In this document: in pieces, positions 1 through 10,813 of the stretch | How positions within the stretch are numbered: the stretch's first letter is position 1 | Layout: each line of letters starts with the position of its first letter | DNA from: an uncultured Flavobacteriales bacterium | GTDB taxonomy: Bacteria; Bacteroidota; Bacteroidia; Flavobacteriales; BACL11 | Direction of reading: 5' to 3' | Length of the DNA stretch: 64,000 bases | Assembly: GCA_949372805.1 (NCBI GenBank) | Contig: CASIBH010000002.1 | Coordinates: forward strand, 6,123-70,122 | Made by a program: the position numbers and the translations under genes | Notes under the pieces: model-generated | What the model was told of the DNA's origin: nothing | Seen by the model: the letters and a program-made list of their open reading frames with translations, nothing else | Databases searched by the model: none

Positions 1-746
1 CGCATTGAATCCATTACAGGGCCAAGTAGCATGGCACTACCTGAATTAACATCAATTAAATCACTAATAAATTCTTCATTTGAACAGATCACACCTCCAA
101 CAGTGTCAGATGTGCCATTAATAAATTTTGTTAGTGAATGAATCACTACATCCGCACCCATTCTTGCTGGAGAGAAAATCATTGGTGTAAATGTATTGTC
201 AACAACCAATAAAATATTATGTTTTTTAGCTAATTTAGAAATTGCATATATATCAGAAACTTCTAGTAATGGATTACTCATTGTTTCACAAAAAATCATT
301 TTTGTTTTTTTAGTTATTGCAGATTCAATCTGATCAATTTTTGTTGTGTCAACAAATGATGTTTTAATTTGAAATTTTGGCAAATAATTTTTCATGAAAG
401 CATACGTTCCACCATAAATAGTTCTGCTGCTAACAATTTCATCATTACTTCCACATATTTGTAAAATTGTTGAACTAATAGCTCCCATTCCAGATGCTGA
501 AAGTATTGCTCCCTTTGTATATTCCATTTCAGAAATTGCTTGTCCTAAATATGAATTTGAAGGATTGGTATGTCTAGAATAAAGATAACATCCTTGTCTA
601 GTTCCTTCAAATACATCACCCATCGTATTTCCTGCCAGGTAGGTAAATGTTGATGAATCCGCAATTGATGGATTTACACCTCCATATTCTCCAAAAAATT
701 GTAGATCTTGTATTTTATTAGCTGGATTTTCCTTTTTAATTTTCAT
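1..746 (-). CDS. PLP-dependent Cys/Met metabolism enzyme (methionine gamma-lyase / cystathionine gamma-synthase family), partial, runs off the left edge
   Basis: Not in the ORF track. Manual translation from ATG at 746 gives MKIKKENPANKIQDLQFFGEYGGVNPSI...YLYSRHTNP...SGMGAI...YGGT...VVDNTF...HSLTKFING, which contains the family motifs and the PLP lysine. Confidence 0.9.
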   Translation of the reverse strand, partial: MKIKKENPANKIQDLQFFGEYGGVNPSIADSSTFTYLAGNTMGDVFEGTRQGCYLYSRHTNPSNSYLGQAISEMEYTKGAILSASGMGAISSTILQICGSNDEIVSSRTIYGGTYAFMKNYLPKFQIKTSFVDTTKIDQIESAITKKTKMIFCETMSNPLLEVSDIYAISKLAKKHNILLVVDNTFTPMIFSPARMGADVVIHSLTKFINGTSDTVGGVICSNEEFISDLIDVNSGSAMLLGPVMDSM

Positions 747-901
747 TTAATAACGTTTTTGCAAATCTGCTAAAAAAAAAATTGTTACATCAATTTATAT
801 CTTAATTTATAGTCATATATTATTTTGAATTATTTAATTATAGAAATTTTTTTGTATTATCATAAAAAATTATAGATTAGCAAAAATTAAATAAAAAAAA
901 C

Positions 902-1405
902 ATGAGAAATTTATTATTATTATTATCACTTATTGTTATCTTATCTTCTTGTACTCAATCAGATAATTTAGCTCTTTACAATACAAACTTATCAATAGTT
1001 AAAAAAGCAATGTCGTGCTATGAAACTCCAACTGATTTTGAAACATTTAAGTCATTATTAAGCGAGGATGTTAAGCATCAATCTCCTATGTATGGTCAGG
1101 GACTAGTTGATTATGACGGAGTTTTAGGTCAAGCTAGTTTTTATATGCAAGGCTTTACTAATGTGAAGTTTGAAAATGCTGTTTGGTTACCAGGTGTTGA
1201 TACTATATCACTAACTAATAACGGAAGTGTAAGAGTTTATGGAACTTGGTCTGGTGAAAGCATTGAAACAGGAAAATCTTTTTCAGTTGATTCATACCAT
1301 TATTTTGATGTTAATGAAGGCAAGATAATTTCTTCTGGTGATTACTTTGATGCTACCGGAATGGTTATGGCTGTTTCTGCACCAGCTTCTTTGGATGAAG
1401 AATAA
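902..1405 (+). CDS. NTF2/SnoaL-like lipoprotein
   Basis: Lipobox ILSSC; GSVRVYGTWSG and the C-terminal I..SGDYFDATG pattern typical of flavobacterial NTF2-family proteins. Confidence 0.7.
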   Translation: MRNLLLLLSLIVILSSCTQSDNLALYNTNLSIVKKAMSCYETPTDFETFKSLLSEDVKHQSPMYGQGLVDYDGVLGQASFYMQGFTNVKFENAVWLPGVDTISLTNNGSVRVYGTWSGESIETGKSFSVDSYHYFDVNEGKIISSGDYFDATGMVMAVSAPASLDEE

Positions 1406-1423
1406 AGTTAAATCAATTTTATT

Positions 1424-1457
1424 AAAAAAAGCCTTGAATTATTTCAAGGCTTTTTTT
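1424..1457. terminator. Bidirectional intrinsic terminator
   Basis: AAAAAAAGCCTTGAA-TTAT-TTCAAGGCTTTTTTT between convergent genes. Confidence 0.85.
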
Positions 1458-1543
1458 ATATAAATACTTTAAGTAACTACTAATTCAAACCTTAAGACTA
1501 TTAAAGCAATTAGTAAAATTGAGAATGAATTTGAAAAATAAAT

Positions 1544-1777
1544 TTAGATTGATTCAAGATATAGTTTTTCAACCTTATTTCTTGCCCACCTAGTTTTTCG
1601 TAAGAATTTTAAACTTGAATTTACAGAAGGGTCACTTTTGAAACAGTTGATATTGATTATTTCTCCAAGTTCCTGCCACCCATATTTTTTATGTAAAAAT
1701 TCAACAACTTCAGATAATTTTACTCCGTGTAAAGGGTTATTTGGTTGTGATGTGATTTTATTATTTGTCATTAACAT
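1544..1777 (-). CDS. VF530 (DUF2132) family putative DNA-binding protein
   Basis: QPNNPLHG.KL...YGW.EL...I.CF..DPS..SSLKFLRKT.WAR.KVE.LYL signature. Confidence 0.85.
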   Translation of the reverse strand: MLMTNNKITSQPNNPLHGVKLSEVVEFLHKKYGWQELGEIININCFKSDPSVNSSLKFLRKTRWARNKVEKLYLESI

Positions 1778-2123
1778 TAATTTCTTTAGATAAATTTTCT
1801 CTAGCTAAAAGTTTATTTGAAACTTTATATGTGGCAGAATAACTAAGTTTTTTTTCAGCAGTTTTAAATGTTAAAAAAGCTTTTTTATACCATCTTGGGT
1901 CTGTTGCTTTTTTTCTAAAATCTTCATTTATTGATATTGCATGCGATTTTTTGCTTTTCCAAGACTCTATAGAGTATATACTAATTCCGTAGTATTCAAC
2001 TCTTTCAAGAACAATCTGAAAATCTTCTTCAGAAAAACAACTAATTTCTTTTTTCTTGGGGTCCTTATTTAGGTTTTCTAAATCTTTAAATATGATGTTT
2101 TGTAAAAATTCTGTTTGTTGCAT
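1761..2123 (-). CDS. Conserved hypothetical protein
   Basis: 120-aa ORF with a TAGTTTTG promoter box upstream; overlaps the VF530 gene as in an operon. Confidence 0.7.
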   Translation of the reverse strand: MQQTEFLQNIIFKDLENLNKDPKKKEISCFSEEDFQIVLERVEYYGISIYSIESWKSKKSHAISINEDFRKKATDPRWYKKAFLTFKTAEKKLSYSATYKVSNKLLARENLSKEINVNDK

Positions 2124-2246
2124 TTTTAATGATTTTTAATAATATGATATTCGCAAAACTAACCAATCCAAATTTGAAATAAATATTTAATTTTTTATTC
2201 TTTTTATTAATTTTAATAATGATGAATGAAACTGTGATTTATCACT

Positions 2247-2254
2247 TAATTTTG
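2247..2254 (+). promoter_or_regulatory. Bacteroidota sigma70 -7 element (TAnnTTTG)
   Basis: TAATTTTG ending 17 nt before the ABC transporter ATG. Confidence 0.55.
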
Positions 2255-2270
2255 AATAAAATATTTATAA

Positions 2271-4007
2271 ATGTCAAAATCAAAAATTACAGTAGTTAAA
2301 GCTTTTAAAGAATTTATATGGCCTAGAAAATCAATTATGCTTGTGGGGCTAGTGTTAATTGTAATAAGCCGATTGTCTAGTTTAGTTCTTCCTCTTAAGA
2401 GTAAACAATTGTTGGATGAAATTATCCCGAATAAAGATTTTGATGCCTTAACGTCTATGATCTTTATTATTAGTGGTGCTATTTTATTACAGGCAATCAC
2501 TTCTTTTGCTCTCACAAGACTTTTAAGTGTTGAAGCTCAATTTTTAATATCTAAATTACGTGCTAAAGTTCAAAAAAAGATTCTTTCATTGCCTATATCT
2601 TATTTTGACAATAACAAATCTGGCGCATTAGTTTCAAGAATAATGCGTGATGTTGAGGGTGTTAGGAATCTTGTTGGTACTGGCCTTGTACAATTGTTCG
2701 GTGGTACAATTACTGCAATTGTTTCTTTTTTTCTATTAATAAATATAAGTGTTAAAATGACATTATTAGTTTTAACTCCTATTGTTTTGTTTGCTTTTAT
2801 TGCCCTAAAAGCATTTAAATATATTCGTCCTATTTTTAGAAATAGAGGAGTTATTAATGCTGAAGTTACAGGAAGGTTAACAGAAACAATGAATGGAGTT
2901 CGTGTTATTAAAGGTTTTAATTCTGAGGAGCAAGAAAATATTGTTTTTGAAGCGGGGGTAGATAGACTATTCCAAAATGTTAAAAAAAGTTTAACAGCAA
3001 CAGCAATTATCACTAGCTCTTCAGCATTTCTTCTTGGACTAGCCTCTGTTGGTATAATGGGAATGGGTGGGTCTATGATTATAGATGGCACATTAACTAC
3101 GGGAGATTTCTTGTCATTTACTTTGTTGCTTGGTTTTATGATTGCTCCTATTATACAAATGAGTAATATTGGTAGTCAGCTTACTGAAGCTTTTGCAGGA
3201 CTAGATAGAACAGAAGAGATTATGAACATTGAATCTGAATCTGATAATGAATTAAGAAAAATTTATTTGGAAGAAATAAGCGGTGATGTTGAATTTAAAA
3301 ATGTTTTTTTCTCTTATGATATAGGAAAAGAAGTTTTGCATGGTATTAGTTTTATAGCGCCAAAAGGGACTGTAACTGCTTTAGTGGGTTCTTCTGGATC
3401 AGGTAAATCAACAATAGCATCTTTAGTTGCAAGTTTTATTAATGTAGAAAAAGGATCTGTTCTAATTGATAATAATAATATTAATCATATTAATTTAAAC
3501 TCTTTTAGAAATCAACTAGGTGTTGTTCTTCAAGATGATTTTCTATTTGAAGGGACAATAAGAGAAAATATTTTATTTCCTAGACCAGATGCAAATGAAG
3601 ATCAACTTTTAAATGCTGTTAATGCGGCATATGTAAATGAATTTACCGATCGTTTTTCTGATGGTTTAGATACATTAATTGGCGAAAGAGGTGTGAAGCT
3701 CTCGGGTGGTCAGCGTCAAAGAATTGCTATAGCTAGAGCTATGTTAGCTGATCCTAAGATTTTAATATTAGATGAGGCAACTTCAAATTTAGACAATGAA
3801 AGTGAATCATTAATTCAAAAAAGTTTAACAAAGCTTATGAAAGGAAGAACTACTTTTGTTATTGCGCATAGATTGAGTACAATTAGACAAGCAAATCAAA
3901 TTTTAGTTATTGAAAATGGAGAAATAGTTGAAAGGGGAGTACATGAACAGCTTCTTAAGAAAAATGGTAGATACTTTGATTTGTTTACATATCAAAGTAA
4001 AATTTAG
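2271..4007 (+). CDS. ABC exporter, fused permease/ATPase (MsbA/MdlB-like)
   Basis: N-terminal TM domain; Walker A GSSGSGKS, signature LSGGQRQR, Walker B ILILDEATS, H-loop IAHRLST. Confidence 0.95.
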   Translation: MSKSKITVVKAFKEFIWPRKSIMLVGLVLIVISRLSSLVLPLKSKQLLDEIIPNKDFDALTSMIFIISGAILLQAITSFALTRLLSVEAQFLISKLRAKVQKKILSLPISYFDNNKSGALVSRIMRDVEGVRNLVGTGLVQLFGGTITAIVSFFLLINISVKMTLLVLTPIVLFAFIALKAFKYIRPIFRNRGVINAEVTGRLTETMNGVRVIKGFNSEEQENIVFEAGVDRLFQNVKKSLTATAIITSSSAFLLGLASVGIMGMGGSMIIDGTLTTGDFLSFTLLLGFMIAPIIQMSNIGSQLTEAFAGLDRTEEIMNIESESDNELRKIYLEEISGDVEFKNVFFSYDIGKEVLHGISFIAPKGTVTALVGSSGSGKSTIASLVASFINVEKGSVLIDNNNINHINLNSFRNQLGVVLQDDFLFEGTIRENILFPRPDANEDQLLNAVNAAYVNEFTDRFSDGLDTLIGERGVKLSGGQRQRIAIARAMLADPKILILDEATSNLDNESESLIQKSLTKLMKGRTTFVIAHRLSTIRQANQILVIENGEIVERGVHEQLLKKNGRYFDLFTYQSKI

Positions 4008-4022
4008 AAATCTTAAGATTTA

Positions 4023-5246
4023 TTATCTTTTCTTTTTTCTATTTTTAAAGAACTCTTGTTTTTTTCTGTTTTTTTCTTTTTCAAATTCCTTCTTTTGTTG
4101 AGCATTCATTGGTTTTTCTGTTTGTTTGAATGGCTGCTCACTTACTATTTCAATTTTCTTTCCAATTAGTTTCTCTATTGCTTTTACATAAACATTTTCT
4201 TCAGGTTCAGAAATTGAGATTGAAATACCTTTATTTCCAGCTCTTCCACATCTTCCAATTCTATGTACATATGTTTCCGCTTCATTAGGTATATCATAGT
4301 TTAATACATAGTTTAATTGGTCAATATCAATTCCCCTTGCTGCAATATCAGTTGCTACTAATACCCTTAGATTGTTATCTTTAAAGTCTTTTAATGTTTT
4401 TTGTCTTTGGTTTTGAGATTTATCACCATGAATTGCTGCAGAATTAATATTTTTCTTTTTTAAATTTCTTACAATTCTATCTGCTCCATGTTTTGTTCTA
4501 GAAAATACTAGTATTTGTTTAATATCATTATTTCTTAGAATATGAAATAGTAAATCTTTCTTAGTTGATTTATTTGTGAAGTATAAAAATTGTTTTATTG
4601 TATTGGCTGTTGTTGAAGTTTTATGTGCTATTACTTTTTCAGGATTTCGTAATATTTTATTTGAAAATTCAATGATGTTCTTAGGCATTGTAGCTGAAAA
4701 AAATAATGATTGTCTATTAGTTGGAAGTTTCTCTAATATTTTTTTTACATCATTAATAAAACCCATGTCCAGCATTCTATCTGCTTCATCCAAAACAAAA
4801 AAAGAAATATCCTTTAAAGAGATATATCCTTGCCCCATTAGGTCTAATAATCTTCCAGGAGTTGCTACTAAAATATCTACACCTTTTTTAAGTCTATCTG
4901 TTTGAGAACCTTGCTTCACTCCACCAAAGATTACTGTATTAGTTATGTTAGTATATTTAGAATAAAGTGTGAAGTTTTCAGCAATTTGAATTGCAAGTTC
5001 TCTGGTAGGGGTAACTACTAAAGTTTTTATTTTTCTTGAGCTATTACCTTGATTTATTAAGTGATGTAAAATTGGTAGAGCAAAAGCAGCTGTTTTCCCT
5101 GTTCCTGTTTGAGCACTTCCTAAAACATCTTTTTTGTTAAGAATAATTGGTATTGCTTGCTGTTGTATTGAAGTAGGGACCTCATACTTTAACTCCTTAA
5201 TCGCTTTTGTTAGTGATTGGTGTAGATTTAAATCATCAAATCTCAT
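4023..5246 (-). CDS. DEAD-box RNA helicase (RhlE-like)
   Basis: AQTGTGKT, PTRELA, TPGRL, DEAD, SAT and HRIGRCGR motifs. Confidence 0.95.
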   Translation of the reverse strand: MRFDDLNLHQSLTKAIKELKYEVPTSIQQQAIPIILNKKDVLGSAQTGTGKTAAFALPILHHLINQGNSSRKIKTLVVTPTRELAIQIAENFTLYSKYTNITNTVIFGGVKQGSQTDRLKKGVDILVATPGRLLDLMGQGYISLKDISFFVLDEADRMLDMGFINDVKKILEKLPTNRQSLFFSATMPKNIIEFSNKILRNPEKVIAHKTSTTANTIKQFLYFTNKSTKKDLLFHILRNNDIKQILVFSRTKHGADRIVRNLKKKNINSAAIHGDKSQNQRQKTLKDFKDNNLRVLVATDIAARGIDIDQLNYVLNYDIPNEAETYVHRIGRCGRAGNKGISISISEPEENVYVKAIEKLIGKKIEIVSEQPFKQTEKPMNAQQKKEFEKEKNRKKQEFFKNRKKKR

Positions 5247-5272
5247 AGTTTTAATACTTTTAGTAGTTATTG

Positions 5273-5280
5273 CAAATTTA
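5273..5280 (-). promoter_or_regulatory. Bacteroidota -7 element
   Basis: TAAATTTG on the minus strand about 27 nt upstream of the helicase start. Confidence 0.55.
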
Positions 5281-5382
5281 CTTCTTTTACTATAGTTTGA
5301 GTTAGACTTACTTATATAAGATTATAAAAAATAAAAAAGTTATTTCATCGACATAATGTTTATTTTTGTTTAAAAATTAATC

Positions 5383-5877
5383 ATGAAAAAATATTTACTA
5401 ATTATAATATTTTCAATAATATTCTTAGATGTTAAATCTGAAATTCATGTTATTAGTGTTTGGGATGGTTACCTTCAATTTATGCCTTCATCTTTAAATA
5501 TTAATTTAGGAGATACTATTCATTTTCTTCCCTTAGATTCTCCCTTAATGATGCATACAATCACATCATCTAATGTCCCAATGGGTGCTACTTCTTTTGA
5601 TCAAATATGGCAAGCTCCAGCGGATACTTTTTTTCAATACATCCCTCAAGTTGAAGGCTTTTATGAATATGTATGTACTCCACATATTTCGTCTGGAATG
5701 ATTGGTTCTTTTAATGTTATAAATACTGGAACATATGTTTTAGAAGATAATTCAACTAAGAATATTATTAAAAAAATTAATTTAAGTGGGAGGAATACTA
5801 ATGGTGAATTTAATAGACCGTTGTTTTTAATTTATGATGATGGTACAGTTGAAAAAAGAATAATATTTAATAAATAA
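5383..5877 (+). CDS. Secreted plastocyanin/azurin-like blue copper protein with short C-terminal sorting-like tail
   Basis: Signal peptide; F.P..L.I..GDT.., H, and YVCTPHISSGM (type-1 Cu ligands); tail GR-x8-PLFLIYDDGTVEKRII. Confidence 0.85.
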   Translation: MKKYLLIIIFSIIFLDVKSEIHVISVWDGYLQFMPSSLNINLGDTIHFLPLDSPLMMHTITSSNVPMGATSFDQIWQAPADTFFQYIPQVEGFYEYVCTPHISSGMIGSFNVINTGTYVLEDNSTKNIIKKINLSGRNTNGEFNRPLFLIYDDGTVEKRIIFNK

Positions 5878-5879
5878 TT

Positions 5880-7226
5880 TTGACTGATTTTAAAGACATT
5901 AAATTAAATAAGCAATTATTTCAGGCTATTGAAAACCTTGGTTTTGATAAACAAACTCCAATTCAAGAGCATACTTTTTCTAAAATTCTTTCTGGAAACG
6001 ATTTAGTAGGAATAGCGCAAACAGGTACTGGAAAAACTATTGCTTACTGTCTGCCATTACTTCAAGAGCTTATTTTTTCTAATCAAAATAATCCAAGAAT
6101 ATTAATCCTTGTGCCTACTAGAGAATTAGTTGCTCAAGTTGTTCAAACATTGAATGATTTGACAGAATATATTACATGTAGAATTGTTGGGGTTTATGGT
6201 GGTACAAATATGAATACTCAAAAGAAAATGCTTCAAGCTGGTGCTGATATTGTTGTTGCTACTCCAGGAAGATTATATGATCTAGCACTGTGTAGAGCTT
6301 TGCAGCTAAAAGGTGTTAAAAAAGTTGTTATTGATGAAGTAGATATTATGTTAGATTTAGGTTTTAGATTTCAGCTTACTAATATATTTGAGCTTCTTCC
6401 CAACAAGAAACAAAACATTATGTTTTCTGCAACCATGACTGAGGACGTTGATGAAATGATTGAAAGCTATTTTGAAAAGCCAGAAAAAGTTCAAATAGCT
6501 TTAAGTGGTACCCCTCTAGAAAATATTAATCAAGTAAAATATTCAGTACCAAATTTTTATTCAAAATTAAATTTATTAGTTGATTTAATTAAAGATAAAG
6601 ATCTAATGCAAAAGGTTATTGTTTTTGTTTCTAGTAAGAAGATTGCTGATAGTCTAGCCTATTCTTTTGAAGAATTGTTCATTTCTGATTATGCAGTAAT
6701 TCATTCAAATAAATCTCAGAATTATCGTTTTAGATCTATAAATCAGTTTAATGAAGGAAAAGTTAGAGTTTTAATAGCAACAGATATTATTGCTCGTGGA
6801 CTAGACTCTGAGAAAATTACTCATGTAATTAATTTTGACACTCCTACATTTCCTGAAAACTACATGCATAGGATTGGAAGAACAGGTAGGGCAGAGGAAG
6901 TTGGAAATTCTATTCTATTGTTTACCTCAAAAGAAGAGCCATACAAAGATAGAATAGAAGAATTAATGGATTTAGAAATTACTTTATTAGATATTCCCTC
7001 TAATGTTGAATTAACTCAGCAGTTAACCGAAGAGGAACATAGATTAAATAATAAGAGCATCAATAGGAATCTTAAAAAGCAGGATAGAATTAACTCTGGT
7101 TTCCATGAAAAAAGCGCCAAGAACCAGCAAGTGAATGACAGAGATAAATGGCGCAAGGAGCGAGCTAAGAAATATAAAAAATCTAAAACTCGTGGTGATA
7201 AAGGAGCAAACCTTAGAAATAAATAA
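5880..7226 (+). CDS. DEAD/DEAH-box RNA helicase
   Basis: AQTGTGKT, PTRELV, TPGRL, DEVD, SAT, HRIGRTGRA; basic C-terminal tail; TTG start. Confidence 0.95.
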   Translation: MTDFKDIKLNKQLFQAIENLGFDKQTPIQEHTFSKILSGNDLVGIAQTGTGKTIAYCLPLLQELIFSNQNNPRILILVPTRELVAQVVQTLNDLTEYITCRIVGVYGGTNMNTQKKMLQAGADIVVATPGRLYDLALCRALQLKGVKKVVIDEVDIMLDLGFRFQLTNIFELLPNKKQNIMFSATMTEDVDEMIESYFEKPEKVQIALSGTPLENINQVKYSVPNFYSKLNLLVDLIKDKDLMQKVIVFVSSKKIADSLAYSFEELFISDYAVIHSNKSQNYRFRSINQFNEGKVRVLIATDIIARGLDSEKITHVINFDTPTFPENYMHRIGRTGRAEEVGNSILLFTSKEEPYKDRIEELMDLEITLLDIPSNVELTQQLTEEEHRLNNKSINRNLKKQDRINSGFHEKSAKNQQVNDRDKWRKERAKKYKKSKTRGDKGANLRNK

Positions 7227-7270
7227 ATAAGTTTAATATTTATTAGCCTCAAAAAATATTTTCATTTAAT

Positions 7271-7278
7271 TATATTTG
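7271..7278 (+). promoter_or_regulatory. Bacteroidota -7 element
   Basis: TATATTTG about 40 nt upstream of the GH16 gene. Confidence 0.5.
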
Positions 7279-7317
7279 CTTATTGTATTTTATACACTTT
7301 AATTTAAATTTTTTATT

Positions 7318-10300
7318 ATGAAAAAAATACTATTTTTTTTACTTATTTTTTTAACTAATCTCACTCTGTTCTCTCAAAATACAGCACAAGTAACATTTCA
7401 AGTTGATATGAGTGCGGTTACAGATCCTTTTACGACTCCTGAAGTTAATGGAAATTTTAACTCATGGTGTGGAAATTGTTGGGCTATGTCTGATTCAAAT
7501 GGGGATAATATTTGGGATGTTGTAGGTACAATTAATATTAATACTGATTATGAATTTAAATTCTCTGCAGATAGTTGGGGAATTCAAGAAAACTTACTTC
7601 CTGGGTCGCCATGTACTGTAACCAATTTTGGATTTACAAATAGAACTTTAAATGTTTCTGGTGATACTCTTTTACCTGCTTTCTGTTGGGAGTCATGTCT
7701 TGATTGTGGTTCAGGTCCTTCTTCATATAATGTAACATTTGAAGTTGATATGCGTCAAGTTACAGACCCATACACTACACCTGAGGTTAATGGTGATTTT
7801 AATAATTGGTGTGGAAACTGCTGGGCTATGTCTGACAGTAATAATGATAGTATATGGGAATTTACTACAATCTTTGCTCCTGGAGATACTTTAGAATATA
7901 AATACTCTGCTGATAACTGGAGTATTCAAGAAGATCTTGATTCCAATCTGTCATGTATTATTATCAATTATGATCCTTCAGCTCCAAATGGCTATGGCTA
8001 TGTAAATAGACTTTCAGTCATAAATAGTGATACAATTATATCCAGTAGCTGGAATGCATGTTCAAACTTGACTAGTGGGTGTACAGATTCTTTGGCATCT
8101 AATTATGATTCCTCTGCTAATTCCGATGATGGAAGTTGTTTATACAGTGTAGTTTTTAATGTTGACATGAATTGTGATACTTCAACATTTAGTTTTGTTC
8201 ATCTTGAAAGTCCATATTTTGGTTGGTGTGGTGGATGTGTTCCAATGTCAGATCCAGATGGAGATGGTGTTCATACGGTAACTGTTGATCTTCCACTTGG
8301 GGATTTTGAATACAAATATGCTGTAGATAGTTTTGTAGGTCAAGAAAATTTAATTGACGATATGGTAAATGGAGGTAGTTGTGCTCCAATTACAGACTAT
8401 AGCACATATGCTAATAGACAATTAACAGTTTCTACTTCTACTTGGAACTTAGTTTGGGAAGAAAATTTTAGCGGAACAACACTAAATGATTCTGTCTGGA
8501 CACATGAAATTGGCAGTGGAAGTCAGTATGGACTTTGGGGCTGGGGAAATGGAGAGCAGCAGTTTTATCAGCCTTCAAATACAGAAGTTAATAATGGTAA
8601 TCTAAAAATAACGGCACAGCAAGAGCCTAATGGGCTTGTTGACAGTTGGGGTAATACATATAATTTATCTTCGTCAAGAATTATGTCAAAAGATAAAATG
8701 GAGTTCCGATATGGAAAAATTGAGGCAAGAATAAAAACTATTAATGGAGAAGGTTTTTGGCCTGCGTTTTGGATGCTTCCCTCTGGTGGATCTTGGCCTT
8801 GCGATGGTGAAATTGATATTATGGAGCAGTGGGGTTCAGACCTTCCTACAAATAGCACAACTGGAGCGGCTCATATTGGATCATGTCCTGGAACAAGTTC
8901 ATATAATAGCTTTAATCACAACAGTACCAATGGAAATTATGCTGATGATTTTCATACTTATGCAGTTGTATGGCAAGAAGATTACATTGCATGGTATGTA
9001 GACGGGGTAGAAGTACATTCTATTAGTCCCTCAAGCTTCTCATCAATTCCTGGCCAGCACAGTTGGCCTTTTAACTCTAATCAGTGGTACTTGATAATTA
9101 ATCTAGCTATAGATCAAAATGGACCAAATGGAAACACTCAGTTCCCCTCTTCAATTGAAGTAGATTACATAAAAATCTATGATAACAGCGTTAATAATTC
9201 TCAATCACCAAATTATAATTCTCAAACGGGCTTAATTGCTAATGATGTGTATGGGTCATGTGATTCTTGTGTAACATCTGGATTATCACTTACTCAAATT
9301 GATTTACCTATTTCTTGGGATGATTCAACAGTAAATTATACAACCACTCCATTTGGAGGAATAAATTCTAGTGTTATCTCCTGACCCGCTTGATTCTACA
9401 AATAACGTTTTAATGACAGATAGAACTGCTGGATCACCAACTTGGGCAGGTACAACTTTAAGTACTCCAAACGGTTTGGCTAACGCTATTGCTTTTGCAA
9501 GTGGATCTACTAAAATAAGTGGCAAATATTTATTCTCCCTTTTTTGGAGTTGTTGTAAGGTTGAAAGCTGAAGACCATACGGATCCAACAAAGTCAGTAG
9601 AAACTGAAGCGACTATAACTACAGCTAACGGTTGGAGTACATTGGTATTTGATTTTTCTAATGAGGCTCCAGGCACTGCAACAATTGATTTTAGCTATAA
9701 CTATGATATGCTATCTATATTTTTTGATTATGGAAATGTTCCATCTTCAAGTACTATATATTATTTAGATAGTGTTGCTTTTGGAGACTTTATTTTTGGT
9801 CAAAGTGGTTGTACTGATCCAAATGGCATCTAACTATGATCCAATATGCAACCTATGGACGATGGTTCATGTTTTACATGAATTGTTCAAACCCTGTTCC
9901 CTCTGGATTATCCGTTAACTGGACAACAGATACTAAAGCGTCAGTTTCATGGGATAATATGAATGATAGTGCATGTATGGTATTCAAATACTTTATAAGA
10001 TATAGAGTTGACAACTTAGATGGTACCTATGGTAGCTGGGTGACTAAGTCAGCAGGAGTTGGTAATGGTCTATGTAACTTTGGTCTTAATACCACTGAGA
10101 AGAGATTACAGTTCTTAACGCTGCAACTACTTACCAGTTTAAGATGAAAGCTTTCTACTGTGGTGGAACGGAATCAGGATATTCTTCCCCTGCAAGCTTT
10201 ACTACTGGAGCAGATTGTCCTCCAATGACTAACTTAGGTGTACAAACATTTAATGGGAATCAAGCTAAAGCTACATTCTCTTGGGATACTACAGGAGCTT

Positions 10301-10813
10301 ATGTTTTCGCAAGAATTGCATTAAGAGTTGATACTACAGGTGCAGCTTGGGGAACAGCTGGTGGATTTGGTATTTATTACCCACACTATCTGTTAATAAG
10401 TTTGGGCTAACTCCTGGACAGTCATACAGAGCTCAAGGAAGAACATTCTGTGATTCTAATGTTACATCTTATAGATCAACGTGGACGACCCCTGTACTGT
10501 GGACACAACCAGGAACATTGATTAAGAATGGAGGCGGATCAAGTCAGATCAATAACTTAGATGTTTACCCTAACCCATCAAGAGATGTCTTTAACATAAG
10601 CTTTGTATCTCAGAGGAAATACAAGAGCTTAAGAATTAGAGTGATCAATCATAATGGGAGAAGTAAGTGTATGACAGCAAGAGCATAGAGCAGTTTATTG
10701 GTGAGTATACACTAAGCAGATAGACTCTAACTAGATAATTCTAAGGGAGTTTACTTCTTAGAGATCACAATCAAATAATGCGGTAGTAAATAGAAAAACT
10801 AGTTATTCAGTAA
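7318..10813 (+). CDS. Multidomain T9SS-secreted GH16 beta-1,3-glucanase (laminarinase-like); several indels in the 3' part split it into at least 6 ORF fragments (~1,160 aa when joined)
   Basis: Signal peptide; three VTF.VDM...MSD..GD..Y.YK CBM/Ig-like repeats; GH16 WPAFWML and EIDIME catalytic motif; QIDLPISWDD module; GCTD linkers; FN3-like cassette; NNLDVYPNPSRD...GVYFLEI...KLVIQ* CTD ending at TAA 10811-10813. Fragments at 9371, 9519, 9836, 10144 and 10347 match the intact paralogs in order. Confidence 0.85.
9881..10813 (+). repeat. Shared C-terminal cassette, copy A (FN3-like pair + T9SS CTD)
   Basis: Long near-identical DNA runs with 33084-34001 and 35388-36308, e.g. attcaaatactttataagatatagagttgacaacttagatggtac is shared with copy B. 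Confidence 0.9.

Noticed and set aside
4023-7226. Two DEAD-box helicases as a novel system
   Set aside because: Both are ordinary, divergent housekeeping paralogs, and multiple DEAD-box genes are common in Flavobacteria.
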